Origin: Candidatus Uhrbacteria bacterium
Lineage (GTDB): Bacteria > Patescibacteriota > Patescibacteriia > UBA9934 > GWF2-40-263
Direction: 5' to 3'
NCBI GenBank assembly: GCA_016844925.1
Contig: JAERTI010000043.1
Span: 66,642 to 130,641, forward strand
Length of the DNA stretch: 64,000 bases
The position numbers were made by a program, and so were the translations under genes. Shown here in pieces: positions 31,244 through 40,416 of this stretch (positions are counted from its first letter, which is position 1; each line of letters begins with the position of its first letter). Under the pieces are notes generated by a model. It did no database searches. It saw nothing but the letters and a program-made list of their open reading frames with translations, and was not told where the DNA came from.

Positions 31244-32128
31244 CTAGACGAAGGTGGCCACGAGCAGGATCGCCGAGCCGATGGTCAGCGCGGCGTCCAT
31301 GAAGCCAGCGCCGGTGTTGTTCTGCTCGAAGATCTCATCGTGCATGTTGGTCTTCTGCGTCAGGTTGATGGCGCCCATGAAGACCGCCCGCAGGATCCCG
31401 AGCAGGATCACCAGGACCAGCGAGAGGCCGGCCACCCACACGACACCTTCCATCAGCGAGAGGTTCTCGGCCTTGATGGACTCCGCGACGCCGGCCAGCA
31501 TGTAGTTGGCGGCGAAGGCGAAGCCCAGCAGGCTGACGCCCGCGGCCGGGTTGTCGTCGGCGAAGAACTCCTTGAAGAAGCTCGCGCCGCGCAGGTGGGT
31601 GAAGCGGTAGAGCAGCACCACGGTCAGCGCGCAGAGCATCACGGTCACGGCGATGGCCGCGTCCTCCAGCGGGGCCGGACCGAGGGTGTTCTCCTCGGTC
31701 ATCCCGTTGACCACACCCATCATGAGCGCGAGGCTCACGCAGGCGGCGGCCCAGTTGTGCTGGGTGAAGATCTCGTGGTTGAGGTCGTCACCGCCGTTGA
31801 AGGCGGCCACGGCCTTGGACAGGATGGTTCGCGCGACCACCACCAGGGCGATCGACATGACCACCGCCAGGGCAGCGGCGCCGACGTCGTGGGCGAAGGA
31901 AGCGAGCGACGGTCCGCTGATGGCGCTGTAGCTGACGTACAGCAGCGCCATGAGGAACCCGCCGGTCTCCAGACCCGCCACGGGGTTGTCCTTCTCGAAG
32001 AGCGCGTCACGCAGGGAGATCCCCGGCGTGAGCACCCGGTTCATGACCGGGAACCCGACGAGCAGGACCAGGCCGACAGCGACAGCCAGGTACGGCAGGT
32101 CGAACTTCAGGGCTTCGATGATGTTCAT
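31244..32128 (-). CDS. DUF350-like polytopic membrane protein (four repeats)
   Basis: repeated hydrophobic GL..G..L modules, no soluble domain; context with SpeE-like. Confidence 0.45.
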   Translation of the reverse strand: MNIIEALKFDLPYLAVAVGLVLLVGFPVMNRVLTPGISLRDALFEKDNPVAGLETGGFLMALLYVSYSAISGPSLASFAHDVGAAALAVVMSIALVVVARTILSKAVAAFNGGDDLNHEIFTQHNWAAACVSLALMMGVVNGMTEENTLGPAPLEDAAIAVTVMLCALTVVLLYRFTHLRGASFFKEFFADDNPAAGVSLLGFAFAANYMLAGVAESIKAENLSLMEGVVWVAGLSLVLVILLGILRAVFMGAINLTQKTNMHDEIFEQNNTGAGFMDAALTIGSAILLVATFV

Positions 32129-32161
32129 GAGTGTGTCCTCAGATGTCTGTTGGAGGGTTGT

Positions 32162-33112
32162 CTACTTGCCACCGCCGCCGGAGCCGCGGGAGCGAGAGCT
32201 CGAGCCTCCGGAGCGGACGGACTTGCTGGGCTTGGAGCTGGAGCTCGATCGCGAGGACGTGGACTTCTTGGTGGAAGACCCGCTCGTGGACGAGGTGCTC
32301 TTGGTGCTCGAGGCCTTGGACCGGGTCGACTTCACGTAGGTGCTGCCGGTGGTCGACGCCTTGGTCGAGCTCGTCTTGTACGTGCTCGGCCGCGTGGTCT
32401 TGGTGGCCGTCTGCGAGCTCAGCGTGCTCTTGGACCCGACGTAGGTGTTGCGGGTGCTGTTGATCACCGTGACCGAGCGCACCGGGCGGCTGTAGTAGCT
32501 GCCGCCGTAGTACCCAGCGTTGTAGTAGCCCCAGCCGTAGCCGTAGTAGGGGCTGCGTCCGGGGGACAGCAGGTAGCCCCACAGGAAGCCACTCGTGAAG
32601 CCGCTGCTTCCGTGGTAGTGGTCGTGGTAGTAGTGGTTGTCGTACCCGCTGACGTAGTCGGGGTACCCACCGTAGATCTCCACGTCCTCGCTCTCGGTCG
32701 TGTGCTGGACCGTCAGCTCTGCCACGGCGGTGTAGCCGTCTTCCTTCTCCGGGGCGCTGGAGGGGTAGGCGATGAAGGCCAGGTTGATCTTCCCGTCCTT
32801 CTGCTCTTCCTCCACGGCCACGAAGTCCACGGAACCATCACCGTCGATGTCGACGTTGTTGATCCCGGTCTCGGGGTCGTTGATCTTGGCCTCGAGCTCC
32901 GGCATGTCCGAGATTTCCTCGGACTTGATGAGCTTGATGATCGTCTCCAGGTCGAAGGCGCTGGCGTCCAGGAGGAACACCTGGCCCTGGGCCTCGGTAC
33001 TGGTCGTCGTCGTGCTGCTCTTCTGCGGCGAGCTGTTGCTGCTGCTCGACGGCCCACAGGCCGTCATCATGGCCAGCGCCATCAGCGCTGCCAGCAGGTG
33101 ACTGATTCGCAT
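32162..33112 (-). CDS. lipoprotein with Gly/Tyr-rich and Ser/Thr/Lys-rich low-complexity regions
   Basis: lipobox LAMMTAC; GYYGGSYY and STKSTSS tracts. Confidence 0.5.
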   Translation of the reverse strand: MRISHLLAALMALAMMTACGPSSSSNSSPQKSSTTTTSTEAQGQVFLLDASAFDLETIIKLIKSEEISDMPELEAKINDPETGINNVDIDGDGSVDFVAVEEEQKDGKINLAFIAYPSSAPEKEDGYTAVAELTVQHTTESEDVEIYGGYPDYVSGYDNHYYHDHYHGSSGFTSGFLWGYLLSPGRSPYYGYGWGYYNAGYYGGSYYSRPVRSVTVINSTRNTYVGSKSTLSSQTATKTTRPSTYKTSSTKASTTGSTYVKSTRSKASSTKSTSSTSGSSTKKSTSSRSSSSSKPSKSVRSGGSSSRSRGSGGGGK

Positions 33113-33116
33113 CTTC

Positions 33117-33671
33117 TCACTCCCTCTCGGTCAAAGACGTGTGGGAGAGGACAACCCTCACCCCCACATCAGGTGTGTAGTACTCGTGAACGGTTTTGAT
33201 CTGGACCTGTCCGGATGGATCCACGGACACGGCAACGAGCGTTCTGGGCTCGGCCGGACCGGGGAAGGTCTGATCGAGGGTCAGGTCTGCCCCCTCGAAC
33301 AGTTCATCTCGCAGAGTCTGTCGACGCGCGGCGTCGGCAAGCTCAAGTTGAAGGGTTGCCATGACACGGTGCGTTCCCAGTCGGTAGCTCAGCCGTGGCG
33401 TCGCGGCGATGTCACGTGACCAGTGCACGGGATGGAACCCGTACTGGTGCACGTCGACGCACGCGAGCAATTCCACGAAGCTCAGCGCTCCGGTGAGTCG
33501 CACGAAGTGGCTCTCGCCAATGATGGCTGCCTCCACAGACAAGCCATCGGGGAACCCACGCACTTCGCGCTTGAGCACTGTCAGCGCGCTCGGATCGAAC
33601 GTGCCAACGGATGCTTCCGTGCTGAAGTGGGCGAAGGTCAGGCCCTCTGGGGTCTGGAAGACTGGTTTCAT
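33117..33671 (-). CDS. hypothetical protein (185 aa)
   Basis: ORF track gives 326 aa but the N-terminal 142 residues look spurious; internal ATG at 33671 gives a plausible 185-aa product; TTGACA promoter upstream. Confidence 0.4.
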   Translation of the reverse strand: MKPVFQTPEGLTFAHFSTEASVGTFDPSALTVLKREVRGFPDGLSVEAAIIGESHFVRLTGALSFVELLACVDVHQYGFHPVHWSRDIAATPRLSYRLGTHRVMATLQLELADAARRQTLRDELFEGADLTLDQTFPGPAEPRTLVAVSVDPSGQVQIKTVHEYYTPDVGVRVVLSHTSLTERE

Positions 33672-33732
33672 CTGATGTTTCACCTCAGTTGTAAGGGACG
33701 CAAACAGCACAAAAATTTGGCCATTTGACGCG

Positions 33733-33800
33733 ACAGAGTAGAATTTTTTGCCAGTTTTGTCAATGGATAAAAAGAAAAACCCGCCTGTGTTGGCGGGGAG
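33733..33800 (-). promoter_or_regulatory. terminator+promoter module (minus strand)
   Basis: hairpin cccgcc/ggcggg with T-run, then TTGACA, 17-nt spacer, TACTCT. Confidence 0.45.
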
Positions 33801-33801
33801 C

Positions 33802-34281
33802 TCAGCAAGCGACGTATTCGCTGCTGAAAGGGAGCTTGGAGACGTGGAAGCCCTGCCCGAGATCGGGGTCGAACTCGTCGATCTCGAGGATCTCCAGTAC
33901 CTCGATGATGTGCAGAGCGCTCTTGCCCAGGGGGCTCTTGGCTCGCTCCTCTGGCTCGGCTGCGCGTGCCAATACGATGGCGTCGCACTGCCGCAACTGG
34001 ATGCTGTGCAGGGGCTGGTCCGTATCCCTGCGGATGGCCAGGACCCCAACGACGTCAGTGGAGGACGAGTTCGTTCCCAGTGGGTGACTGATGCCAACTA
34101 GGCAGAGACAGTCGTCGCCCCAATCCTCTGCGGCGCACAGGATGCGTCGGGACTTCTCGAGTTTCTTCTCTGGGGTGAGGGCCAGTGCCTGTTCGATGGC
34201 GTGGCGCTGCTGTGCGATGAGGGCCATGGGTATCTCCTTGGTAGATGAGTCTTCTGCATCCGGTTGCGACGGTCCTGTCAC
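33802..34281 (-). CDS. small cytoplasmic protein, paralog A (possible roadblock/LC7-like fold)
   Basis: C-terminal half aligns with 36286..36714 (CDAxVLxR ... KLP..E.FVAC). Confidence 0.45.
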   Translation of the reverse strand: MTGPSQPDAEDSSTKEIPMALIAQQRHAIEQALALTPEKKLEKSRRILCAAEDWGDDCLCLVGISHPLGTNSSSTDVVGVLAIRRDTDQPLHSIQLRQCDAIVLARAAEPEERAKSPLGKSALHIIEVLEILEIDEFDPDLGQGFHVSKLPFSSEYVAC

Positions 34282-34309
34282 AATCGGGTGAAAAAGGTCC
34301 TGGCGTAGG

Positions 34310-35086
34310 TCAGGACAGGGCGTTGAGTAGTCGTCGCCAAAGCGCTTTCTGAAAGCTTGTTTCTTGTCGCATGATCCCAGCTGTGAGCTCGGCTCGATTG
34401 AGACCTTTTAGGGCGCTCAGGCAGCGGGCTTGTTCCATGCGCAGCGCCCGGGCCTCTCGGCGCTGGGCGATCTGCGTAAGAAGCGCCTCCTCTTCTTGGA
34501 TCTGCTGAGCGACACGAGTGTGCCAGGCGTGGTCCTCGTTCGGGCACTTAGCCTCCAGCTCCTCAACACGGTGTGTGTGCCGTGGTCTGCGGAAGTGTGT
34601 CTGGCAGATGGGGCAGGTTTGGGTCCCCATCTCATTGCCACGACGTCGCTCTAGGGCGATATGTGACGTGTCGAGCTTCCAGGTCGGAACGTTGGGGGAC
34701 TGATCGAACGGTCCGAATTCCTCGAGGGTATCCCATGGGACAGGGGCAGAAGGATCAAATACTTCGGGGAATACGTCTGCCTCGTGCAGGACGCCTCGTA
34801 TGAGCTGCTCGTTGGTGAGCGCAGCTAGGGCCGCTTGCTTCCGTTGGTGCCTCTGTTTGGTTGCTTCCTGTCGCTTGCGTTCCTGTTTCTTGCGGAAGGC
34901 TTTCACCTTCTCGATGTGCCAATCCTGCCCCGCATTTGGACACAGGTGCGAGACAAAGGCTCCGTACTTCCCCCGGTACTTGGGGCCGCGATCTGCAAGG
35001 CAGTAAGAACAAGGGTTGCTGAGCAAGGTTCCTCCCATCCGGTCATGATGTCGTTCACGAGCGGATGAAAAGGGTCGAGCGAGCAA
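34310..35086 (-). CDS. hypothetical basic protein with two Cys4 zinc-ribbon-like motifs
   Basis: CSYC...C.N and CPIC...CPNEDH motifs; start uncertain. Confidence 0.35.
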   Translation of the reverse strand: MLARPFSSARERHHDRMGGTLLSNPCSYCLADRGPKYRGKYGAFVSHLCPNAGQDWHIEKVKAFRKKQERKRQEATKQRHQRKQAALAALTNEQLIRGVLHEADVFPEVFDPSAPVPWDTLEEFGPFDQSPNVPTWKLDTSHIALERRRGNEMGTQTCPICQTHFRRPRHTHRVEELEAKCPNEDHAWHTRVAQQIQEEEALLTQIAQRREARALRMEQARCLSALKGLNRAELTAGIMRQETSFQKALWRRLLNALS

Positions 35087-35105
35087 AGAACTCGACCGCG
35101 TGGGG

Positions 35106-36008
35106 TTAGTAGCTCGGGATCGAGGTGTGCGGCTTGACGCGCCGACATTCCGCGATCACGTGAGCCGGGAGGTCTTCCTCGCACTGGCAGTCAGTGCAGT
35201 AGGTGCGACCTTCCTTCAAGCGAGGGAAGGTGTTTCCCGGACGTTGGTTGTCACGTTGCCACTGGCGCTGCGCTTCAGGTCCGCTGGAGAGTGTGCCGCC
35301 GCATGAGCATTGCGTGGTCGCCCAAGCCTTGGCGCTGTTTCCACCAGACGCTGGGCGCGTATGGATCTTCCATCGGCGATTCTTGTGTGCCGCTGCGAGT
35401 ACCTCCTGAGGATCGAATGTTGCCGAGCTGGTCCACGGGAAGTCTTCCTTGCGAACTCGCGGCTGATGCGAGGTGCACCAGGCGTTGGTAGACGTGAATC
35501 CACGCTGCAGCTCGTCAATGGTGACGAGTACGGACTTTTCTGGAAACAAGATGGTCATGCATTGCTGCTCCCATGGATCCACGGTGCCGATCACAGACGA
35601 GATGTTGTGCTGCCGGCAAATCTGTACCAAGTGCACGTGGTCGATGCGCCTCAAGTTCGCCTGAGGGATCCGCTTGCTGGGCAAGCTAGAAAAGCGAACA
35701 GCAGGATGGCGATCTGCACGAGGCTTGGCTCGCAGCTCAACGAGAATCGCTAACGGGGCGTTCAGTCCCAGGATGAGCCGGGTGTCGAACCGTTCGTTCT
35801 GGGTGACTACCGCAACCTTCGGTCGGTTGGCCTCAGGGAGGTGATCGATGAGCTCTTCAATGCTCACGGCAGCTTCCAGGTCGGGAGCAAGAACGCGCGA
35901 TGCTCCTAGGGCTTGTGTGAGCCGAGCGATTTCAGCACGAGCCTTCAGGGCCTTGATGAGGGACATGTCCTCTCCTTGTGGGTGAACAACAAAAGACGTC
36001 TTCTCCAC
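35106..36008 (-). CDS. hypothetical protein
   Basis: long ORF with upstream TTGACA/TATTCT promoter; no family recognised. Confidence 0.35.
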   Translation of the reverse strand: MEKTSFVVHPQGEDMSLIKALKARAEIARLTQALGASRVLAPDLEAAVSIEELIDHLPEANRPKVAVVTQNERFDTRLILGLNAPLAILVELRAKPRADRHPAVRFSSLPSKRIPQANLRRIDHVHLVQICRQHNISSVIGTVDPWEQQCMTILFPEKSVLVTIDELQRGFTSTNAWCTSHQPRVRKEDFPWTSSATFDPQEVLAAAHKNRRWKIHTRPASGGNSAKAWATTQCSCGGTLSSGPEAQRQWQRDNQRPGNTFPRLKEGRTYCTDCQCEEDLPAHVIAECRRVKPHTSIPSY

Positions 36009-36214
36009 AGAAAAGACGCCTGGTATCGGAGGAAGTAGAAAACGACGGGGCCAGCGTGAAAATAAAATCAGACGCCGGGGCGTCGTATTCAGTCTTCCTT
36101 TGCATCTTTCCCTTGCGGGATGGAGTTCGCACCTTATCGATTACTCGACAGGTTGCGGGCAGGTCATAGGGCCAATTCCCTCACTGCTCTCTGAATACGT
36201 TTCTTCAGTTGTTG

Positions 36215-36285
36215 AGAAGAGAATAGCTCGATTTTGGGCATTTGTCAAGAAAAACAAAAACCCCGCACGTCTTGCGGGGGGTGGC
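36215..36285 (-). promoter_or_regulatory. terminator+promoter module (minus strand), homologous to 33733..33800
   Basis: hairpin ccccgcaagacgtgcgggg with T-run, then TTGACA, 17-nt spacer, TATTCT. Confidence 0.45.
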
Positions 36286-36714
36286 CTAGCAGGCCACGAA
36301 GGTCTCGGTGGCCGGCAGCTTGGCCAGCTTCAGGGGGCTTGTCTGATCCTCGGGCTCGGCGAAGGTGAGCGCCTGGACGATCTTCATCGCGCTGCGGCTC
36401 AGCACGCTGGCCTCGCGCTCGTCCGCCGTGGGCGACCGCACCAGCACCATCGCGTCGCAGGCGGACAGCTTGATGGTGTCGTCCTGCTTCAGGTCCTTCT
36501 TGCCCAGGACGAACACGCCGACGGCGCGGTCCGAGCTCGCGTTCGGGCCCTGGCCCTTGCTCACGCCGGCGAACTTGATCTGCTTGCCATCCACGCTCCA
36601 CTGCTGGGGCAGCTCTCCCTCCCTCAGCACGGCTCCCACGTTGATCTGCCCGTCGACACCCAGCCGCCTGAGCAGCGTGTCGATCGCGGGTCGTTCGTTG
36701 GCCATGACACCCAT
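36286..36714 (-). CDS. small cytoplasmic protein, paralog B
   Basis: paralog of 33802..34281. Confidence 0.45.
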   Translation of the reverse strand: MGVMANERPAIDTLLRRLGVDGQINVGAVLREGELPQQWSVDGKQIKFAGVSKGQGPNASSDRAVGVFVLGKKDLKQDDTIKLSACDAMVLVRSPTADEREASVLSRSAMKIVQALTFAEPEDQTSPLKLAKLPATETFVAC

Positions 36715-36830
36715 GGACGTTCTCCTTTGCTCTGCGTTGAGCTGGCGGAGTGTAGGGGGTTTTGAGGCTTTTTGTCAAGGGGTGGGAAAAGAAAAAAGAG
36801 CCGACGAATCGACTCGGTGCTGAGCGTGTC

Positions 36831-38003
36831 TCAGCGGGCGTAGGGCTTGCAGGAGCTCGCCTTGTGGTCCTGCACGTACAGGCGGATGACGCCTGGCTTG
36901 AGCGAGAACTTGGGGAGCGTGCGGCTCCCGCGGGGTCGGGCCTCATCCTCACAGTCGCCGCCCTCGGTGCAGGTGATGAACTCGCGTCCATCCTTGCGCT
37001 GGTACCAGGGCGGAGCGTCCGGGGTCCGGTTCTTGTAGTTGTGCCACGCGGTGGACGCGTAGGGCAGGGCCACTTTCGTGATCAGGCTCAGGACGCCGAT
37101 GACGATCATCAGGCCCACAGCCAGCTCCAGGGTCCAGAGCACGGCGATCCACCAGACGAACTGGTGACCCGATCCGGTCATGAGCATCGAGCAGATCCCC
37201 AAGCAGATCAGGAGGCTCATGGGCGAGGCCAGCATCGGTAGCCAGCCCAGTGAGCTGTACCACTTGTGCTTGGGAACGTTCAGGTCCAGGTAGTAGCCCT
37301 TCTGCTGCGCCCAGATGTCGTTGGTGCTGTCACGCAGCGGGTGGAGCAGGGGCTGGTAGTTCAGGTTGCGCACCGTCAGCAGGGTCAGAATCAGCGCGAC
37401 GAACACGCGGAACGTGTAGAAGAGCGCGAAGATTGGGATCTGCACGGTGAAGGCTCCACCGCAGCGGCGGTAGAACTGACAGGTGTCCACTGGTCGTTCT
37501 TCCCACAGCCAGTTCACCCAGTCGGCGAGCATGGGGTGGGGCTCCTTGGCGAAGCAGCCCTGCGGGACGTCCACGCTGGTGCTGGAGCCGTAGATCGTTG
37601 GGCCCGCCAGCATCCAGTTGTCCGTGATGTAGTCGTCGCCCGTGAGGATCTCCGAGCCGCTTGCCTTCAGGACCGTGTTGACCCAGTCACCGTTCTTCTT
37701 GGACAGCAGGTAGTCCTCGAGTGACTTGTCGTCGTCCGGGTCCTCCCACACCACCGCGGCGTGGATCTTGTTCGGACCGTCCCGCCTGAACCCGACGAAG
37801 GCCAGGCCATCGCGCAGCGGCACCAGGCGCCGCTCTTCGTGCTTGGAGTGGTAGCTTTCGTCGCCAGGGGCGGTGACGATGAGCAGCATCGGTTCTTCAA
37901 TGCGCTTCTCGGCGAGTGCGTCTACGGCACTCGGACCGATGCACCAGCTGATCTGGATGGCCCCCCGAGAGATGTCGGGGTCGGTAACGGACAGTGCGAG
38001 CAT
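36831..38003 (-). CDS. hypothetical polytopic membrane protein with N-terminal soluble domain and C-terminal Cys-rich tail
   Basis: about 5 TM helices; CTEGGDCEDE tail. Confidence 0.4.
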   Translation of the reverse strand: MLALSVTDPDISRGAIQISWCIGPSAVDALAEKRIEEPMLLIVTAPGDESYHSKHEERRLVPLRDGLAFVGFRRDGPNKIHAAVVWEDPDDDKSLEDYLLSKKNGDWVNTVLKASGSEILTGDDYITDNWMLAGPTIYGSSTSVDVPQGCFAKEPHPMLADWVNWLWEERPVDTCQFYRRCGGAFTVQIPIFALFYTFRVFVALILTLLTVRNLNYQPLLHPLRDSTNDIWAQQKGYYLDLNVPKHKWYSSLGWLPMLASPMSLLICLGICSMLMTGSGHQFVWWIAVLWTLELAVGLMIVIGVLSLITKVALPYASTAWHNYKNRTPDAPPWYQRKDGREFITCTEGGDCEDEARPRGSRTLPKFSLKPGVIRLYVQDHKASSCKPYAR

Positions 38004-38131
38004 GTGACCTCCTTGTCGCTCTCTGTTAAGCGAACAGGGGATTCTTGCATCAGCAAGAGTGATACGTCAAGTGAAGCAAGCGCGTGTAAACAAAAAAGCG
38101 ATCAAGATGATCGCGGCGACGTGCGTTGTCG

Positions 38132-38638
38132 CTAGAGCACCAGACCCATGGCGAGGCCGGGGTTGATGCTGCCGCTCTGGTAGCGCAGGTCCCAGAAGGC
38201 AACGCAGTACCCAGAGAGGAAGAAGTCGTCGGTGGCGTACCAGGTGAACCCGGGGCCCGATCCGACGCCCACACCCATCTGACTGAACTCTCCTCGGACT
38301 TGCTCCTGGGAGACCTCGAACAGCAGGTCCATGCCCAGCGTGTCGGTGACCATCCACTCGAAGGTGGTGGTCAAGCCCACACCCCAGTAGCCGGTGTCCG
38401 GGGACAGCTTCGCGTAGGGGTTGAAGGCGAGCCAGAACTTGGGCGACGGCTCGAAGTACCACATCGGTCCGGCCCAGAGGTAGCTGGCGCCGTAGCCGTC
38501 CGTGGTCAGCATGGGGGACGCCCCCACGACCAGAGCCTTGCTCACCTCCAGGGAGGTCTCGCTCTGAGTCGGTTCGTCCGCGTGGGCGGGGGTGCTCATC
38601 AGGCCCAAGGCCATCAGAGCGAGAAACAGGTAGCGCAT
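38132..38638 (-). CDS. secreted beta-rich protein, possible small outer-membrane barrel
   Basis: signal peptide MRYLFLALMALGLMSTPAHA; alternating aromatic/Gly pattern. Confidence 0.4.
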   Translation of the reverse strand: MRYLFLALMALGLMSTPAHADEPTQSETSLEVSKALVVGASPMLTTDGYGASYLWAGPMWYFEPSPKFWLAFNPYAKLSPDTGYWGVGLTTTFEWMVTDTLGMDLLFEVSQEQVRGEFSQMGVGVGSGPGFTWYATDDFFLSGYCVAFWDLRYQSGSINPGLAMGLVL

Positions 38639-38742
38639 GGCAGTCTCCTCTACTGGTGTTGCGGCGGCACGATAGCCACTTCATCACGTTTGGTCAAGGG
38701 GTAATAGAAAACCGCCCACGATGGACGGGTACGTTTGAGACC

Positions 38743-39237
38743 CTAGGATCGGGTCCCAATGATGGCCATGGGTTGGAGCTTGAACAGCTCGCCGATGGTC
38801 AGGGTGCCACGTCGCCAAGCGGCCATGGCCTGCTCGTGCAGCTTGCCACCCTGGGGGTGGGCGAGCCAGGTTGCGTGGCTCGTGCCTTCGCGCTCCAGGT
38901 CAGCGTCGATGCGCTCCAGGGCGGGGCGGAGTCTGGGGAGAATCGAGTGAGTGATCTCGTGCTGCTTCCTCCGCGCTTGCTCGCGAAGTCCTTCTTCTTC
39001 GGTCAGGGCATCGATGATCTGGACGTGCCAACCTTCCGCGTAGGTCACGTGAGAGACGGCCAGTCGCGCGCTGACGATGGTGCGCGGCGTGACGAGGTTG
39101 GGGGCGTGGGGCTGCAGGGCCTGTGCCAGCGCCTGTGTGTACTGCCCGAACACGCGAGTGTGCTCTTCGTTCGTTTGGGTTTCCGATCCCGCGCACGTCA
39201 TGAACGCCACTCGAATCCCTTCTGCTGTAATTGCCAC
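38743..39237 (-). CDS. hypothetical protein
   Basis: ORF in high-GC island, no family recognised. Confidence 0.35.
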   Translation of the reverse strand: MAITAEGIRVAFMTCAGSETQTNEEHTRVFGQYTQALAQALQPHAPNLVTPRTIVSARLAVSHVTYAEGWHVQIIDALTEEEGLREQARRKQHEITHSILPRLRPALERIDADLEREGTSHATWLAHPQGGKLHEQAMAAWRRGTLTIGELFKLQPMAIIGTRS

Positions 39238-39304
39238 CGTCCGTTCTCCTTGAGCTAAGAGGGAAGCGTTTGGACCCTAGCAGCCGGCCGTGGGAGCGTC
39301 AATC

Positions 39305-39340
39305 AAAAAACCACTGAACGGGTCAGTGGTTTTGTTGTTA
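39305..39340. terminator. bidirectional terminator at GC boundary
   Basis: ccactga acggg tcagtgg hairpin with T-runs on both strands. Confidence 0.5.
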
Positions 39341-40372
39341 CGTTTTGTTATCCTCGACGATGAGCTGGCCACAGGCGGCCTCGATGTCATCTCCCATGGT
39401 ATGTCGAATGGTTGTGACAACCCCCTTCTCTTTGAGGATGTCTTGAAACATGTGCGTAGCTGAATCTGTTGAGCAAGTGAATTCGACTCCTGTGAGGTTG
39501 TAGGGAATGAGGTTTACACGGACGTTTCCAATGCGCTTTACAAAGTTTGCCAGCGTACGTGCGTGTTTTTCTGTGTCGTTTACATCCTTGAGCATGACAT
39601 ACTCAAAGGTGAGGTGGTGTCGACGGTTTCCAAACTTTTTGAGATAGGCCTTTGCCCAAGCTTCTAGCTTAGGGAGGAATTCGTCAAAAGACGTTGGAAC
39701 GATTTGTTTGCGTGTTGTTGGTATGGCGCTATGGAGGGAGACCGCAAGGCGGATGTGCGGCCACTCGTCGTCTGTGAGAATTTGCTCCAGGCGCGGAAGG
39801 ACGCCGACGGTTGACACAGTAATGCGTGTGCGGCCGATGTCTGTGTGTTTCAAAATGGTGTTGAGCGTCTTTTTTACTTCCGGGTAGTTTGCCAATGGCT
39901 CACCCATCCCCATGAAGACGATGTTGCTGATGCGACCCTCAAGACCCTCGTCCTCAATATAGTGCTGCCAAAATCTGAGCTGATCGATGATTTCGTCGGC
40001 GATGAGACTGCGGCTGAGCCCCATCTTTCCCGTGGCACAGAACCCACAGCGCATAGCGCAACCAATTTGCGAGGAAACGCAGATGGTCCAGGCCTCACGT
40101 TTGTTTTTCATGAGCACGGTCTCGATCTGTTTGTCGCCAGCGACCGTAAGGATGGCCTTATGAGTATCACCGTTGCCGCTCTTGAACGTCTGCTTTGCCT
40201 CGACAGACATCCAGGGGATCTCGGTGATCTGTTCACGCATGGATTTTGAGAGGGTGGTGAGGTCACTCCAATCCCGCGCAGACGAAAAGAATCCCTGTTC
40301 GATTTGTTTCCAGCGGAAGGCTGGCTCGTTCGGGAAGAGGTGGTCAAATTGTTCTTTGCGAGATTGAATCAT
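39338..40372 (-). CDS. rlmN: 23S rRNA m2A2503 / tRNA m2A37 methyltransferase (radical SAM)
   Basis: CAMRCGFCATGK radical-SAM Cys cluster, RlmN/Cfr-like length and motifs. Confidence 0.85.
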   Translation of the reverse strand: MIQSRKEQFDHLFPNEPAFRWKQIEQGFFSSARDWSDLTTLSKSMREQITEIPWMSVEAKQTFKSGNGDTHKAILTVAGDKQIETVLMKNKREAWTICVSSQIGCAMRCGFCATGKMGLSRSLIADEIIDQLRFWQHYIEDEGLEGRISNIVFMGMGEPLANYPEVKKTLNTILKHTDIGRTRITVSTVGVLPRLEQILTDDEWPHIRLAVSLHSAIPTTRKQIVPTSFDEFLPKLEAWAKAYLKKFGNRRHHLTFEYVMLKDVNDTEKHARTLANFVKRIGNVRVNLIPYNLTGVEFTCSTDSATHMFQDILKEKGVVTTIRHTMGDDIEAACGQLIVEDNKT

Positions 40373-40416
40373 AGAAACGAAGAGACGAGAGCGTTGGCTC
40401 TCGTCTCAGGCAGTCA

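Noticed and set aside
27353-33199. Long plus-strand ORFs in the first high-GC island (for example 27353..28960, 28302..29723, 30154..30963, 31340..33199)
   Set aside because: They lie antisense to well-supported minus-strand genes (GluR0-like channel, SpeE-like, DUF350). Their products are Arg/Gly/Ala-rich low-complexity sequences typical of spurious frames in high-GC DNA.
33117-34097. 326-aa minus-strand ORF as called in the ORF track
   Set aside because: The N-terminal 142 residues are Ser/Arg/Pro-rich and overlap the downstream terminator-promoter module. An internal ATG at 33671 gives a plausible 185-aa protein, so only 33117..33671 is annotated.
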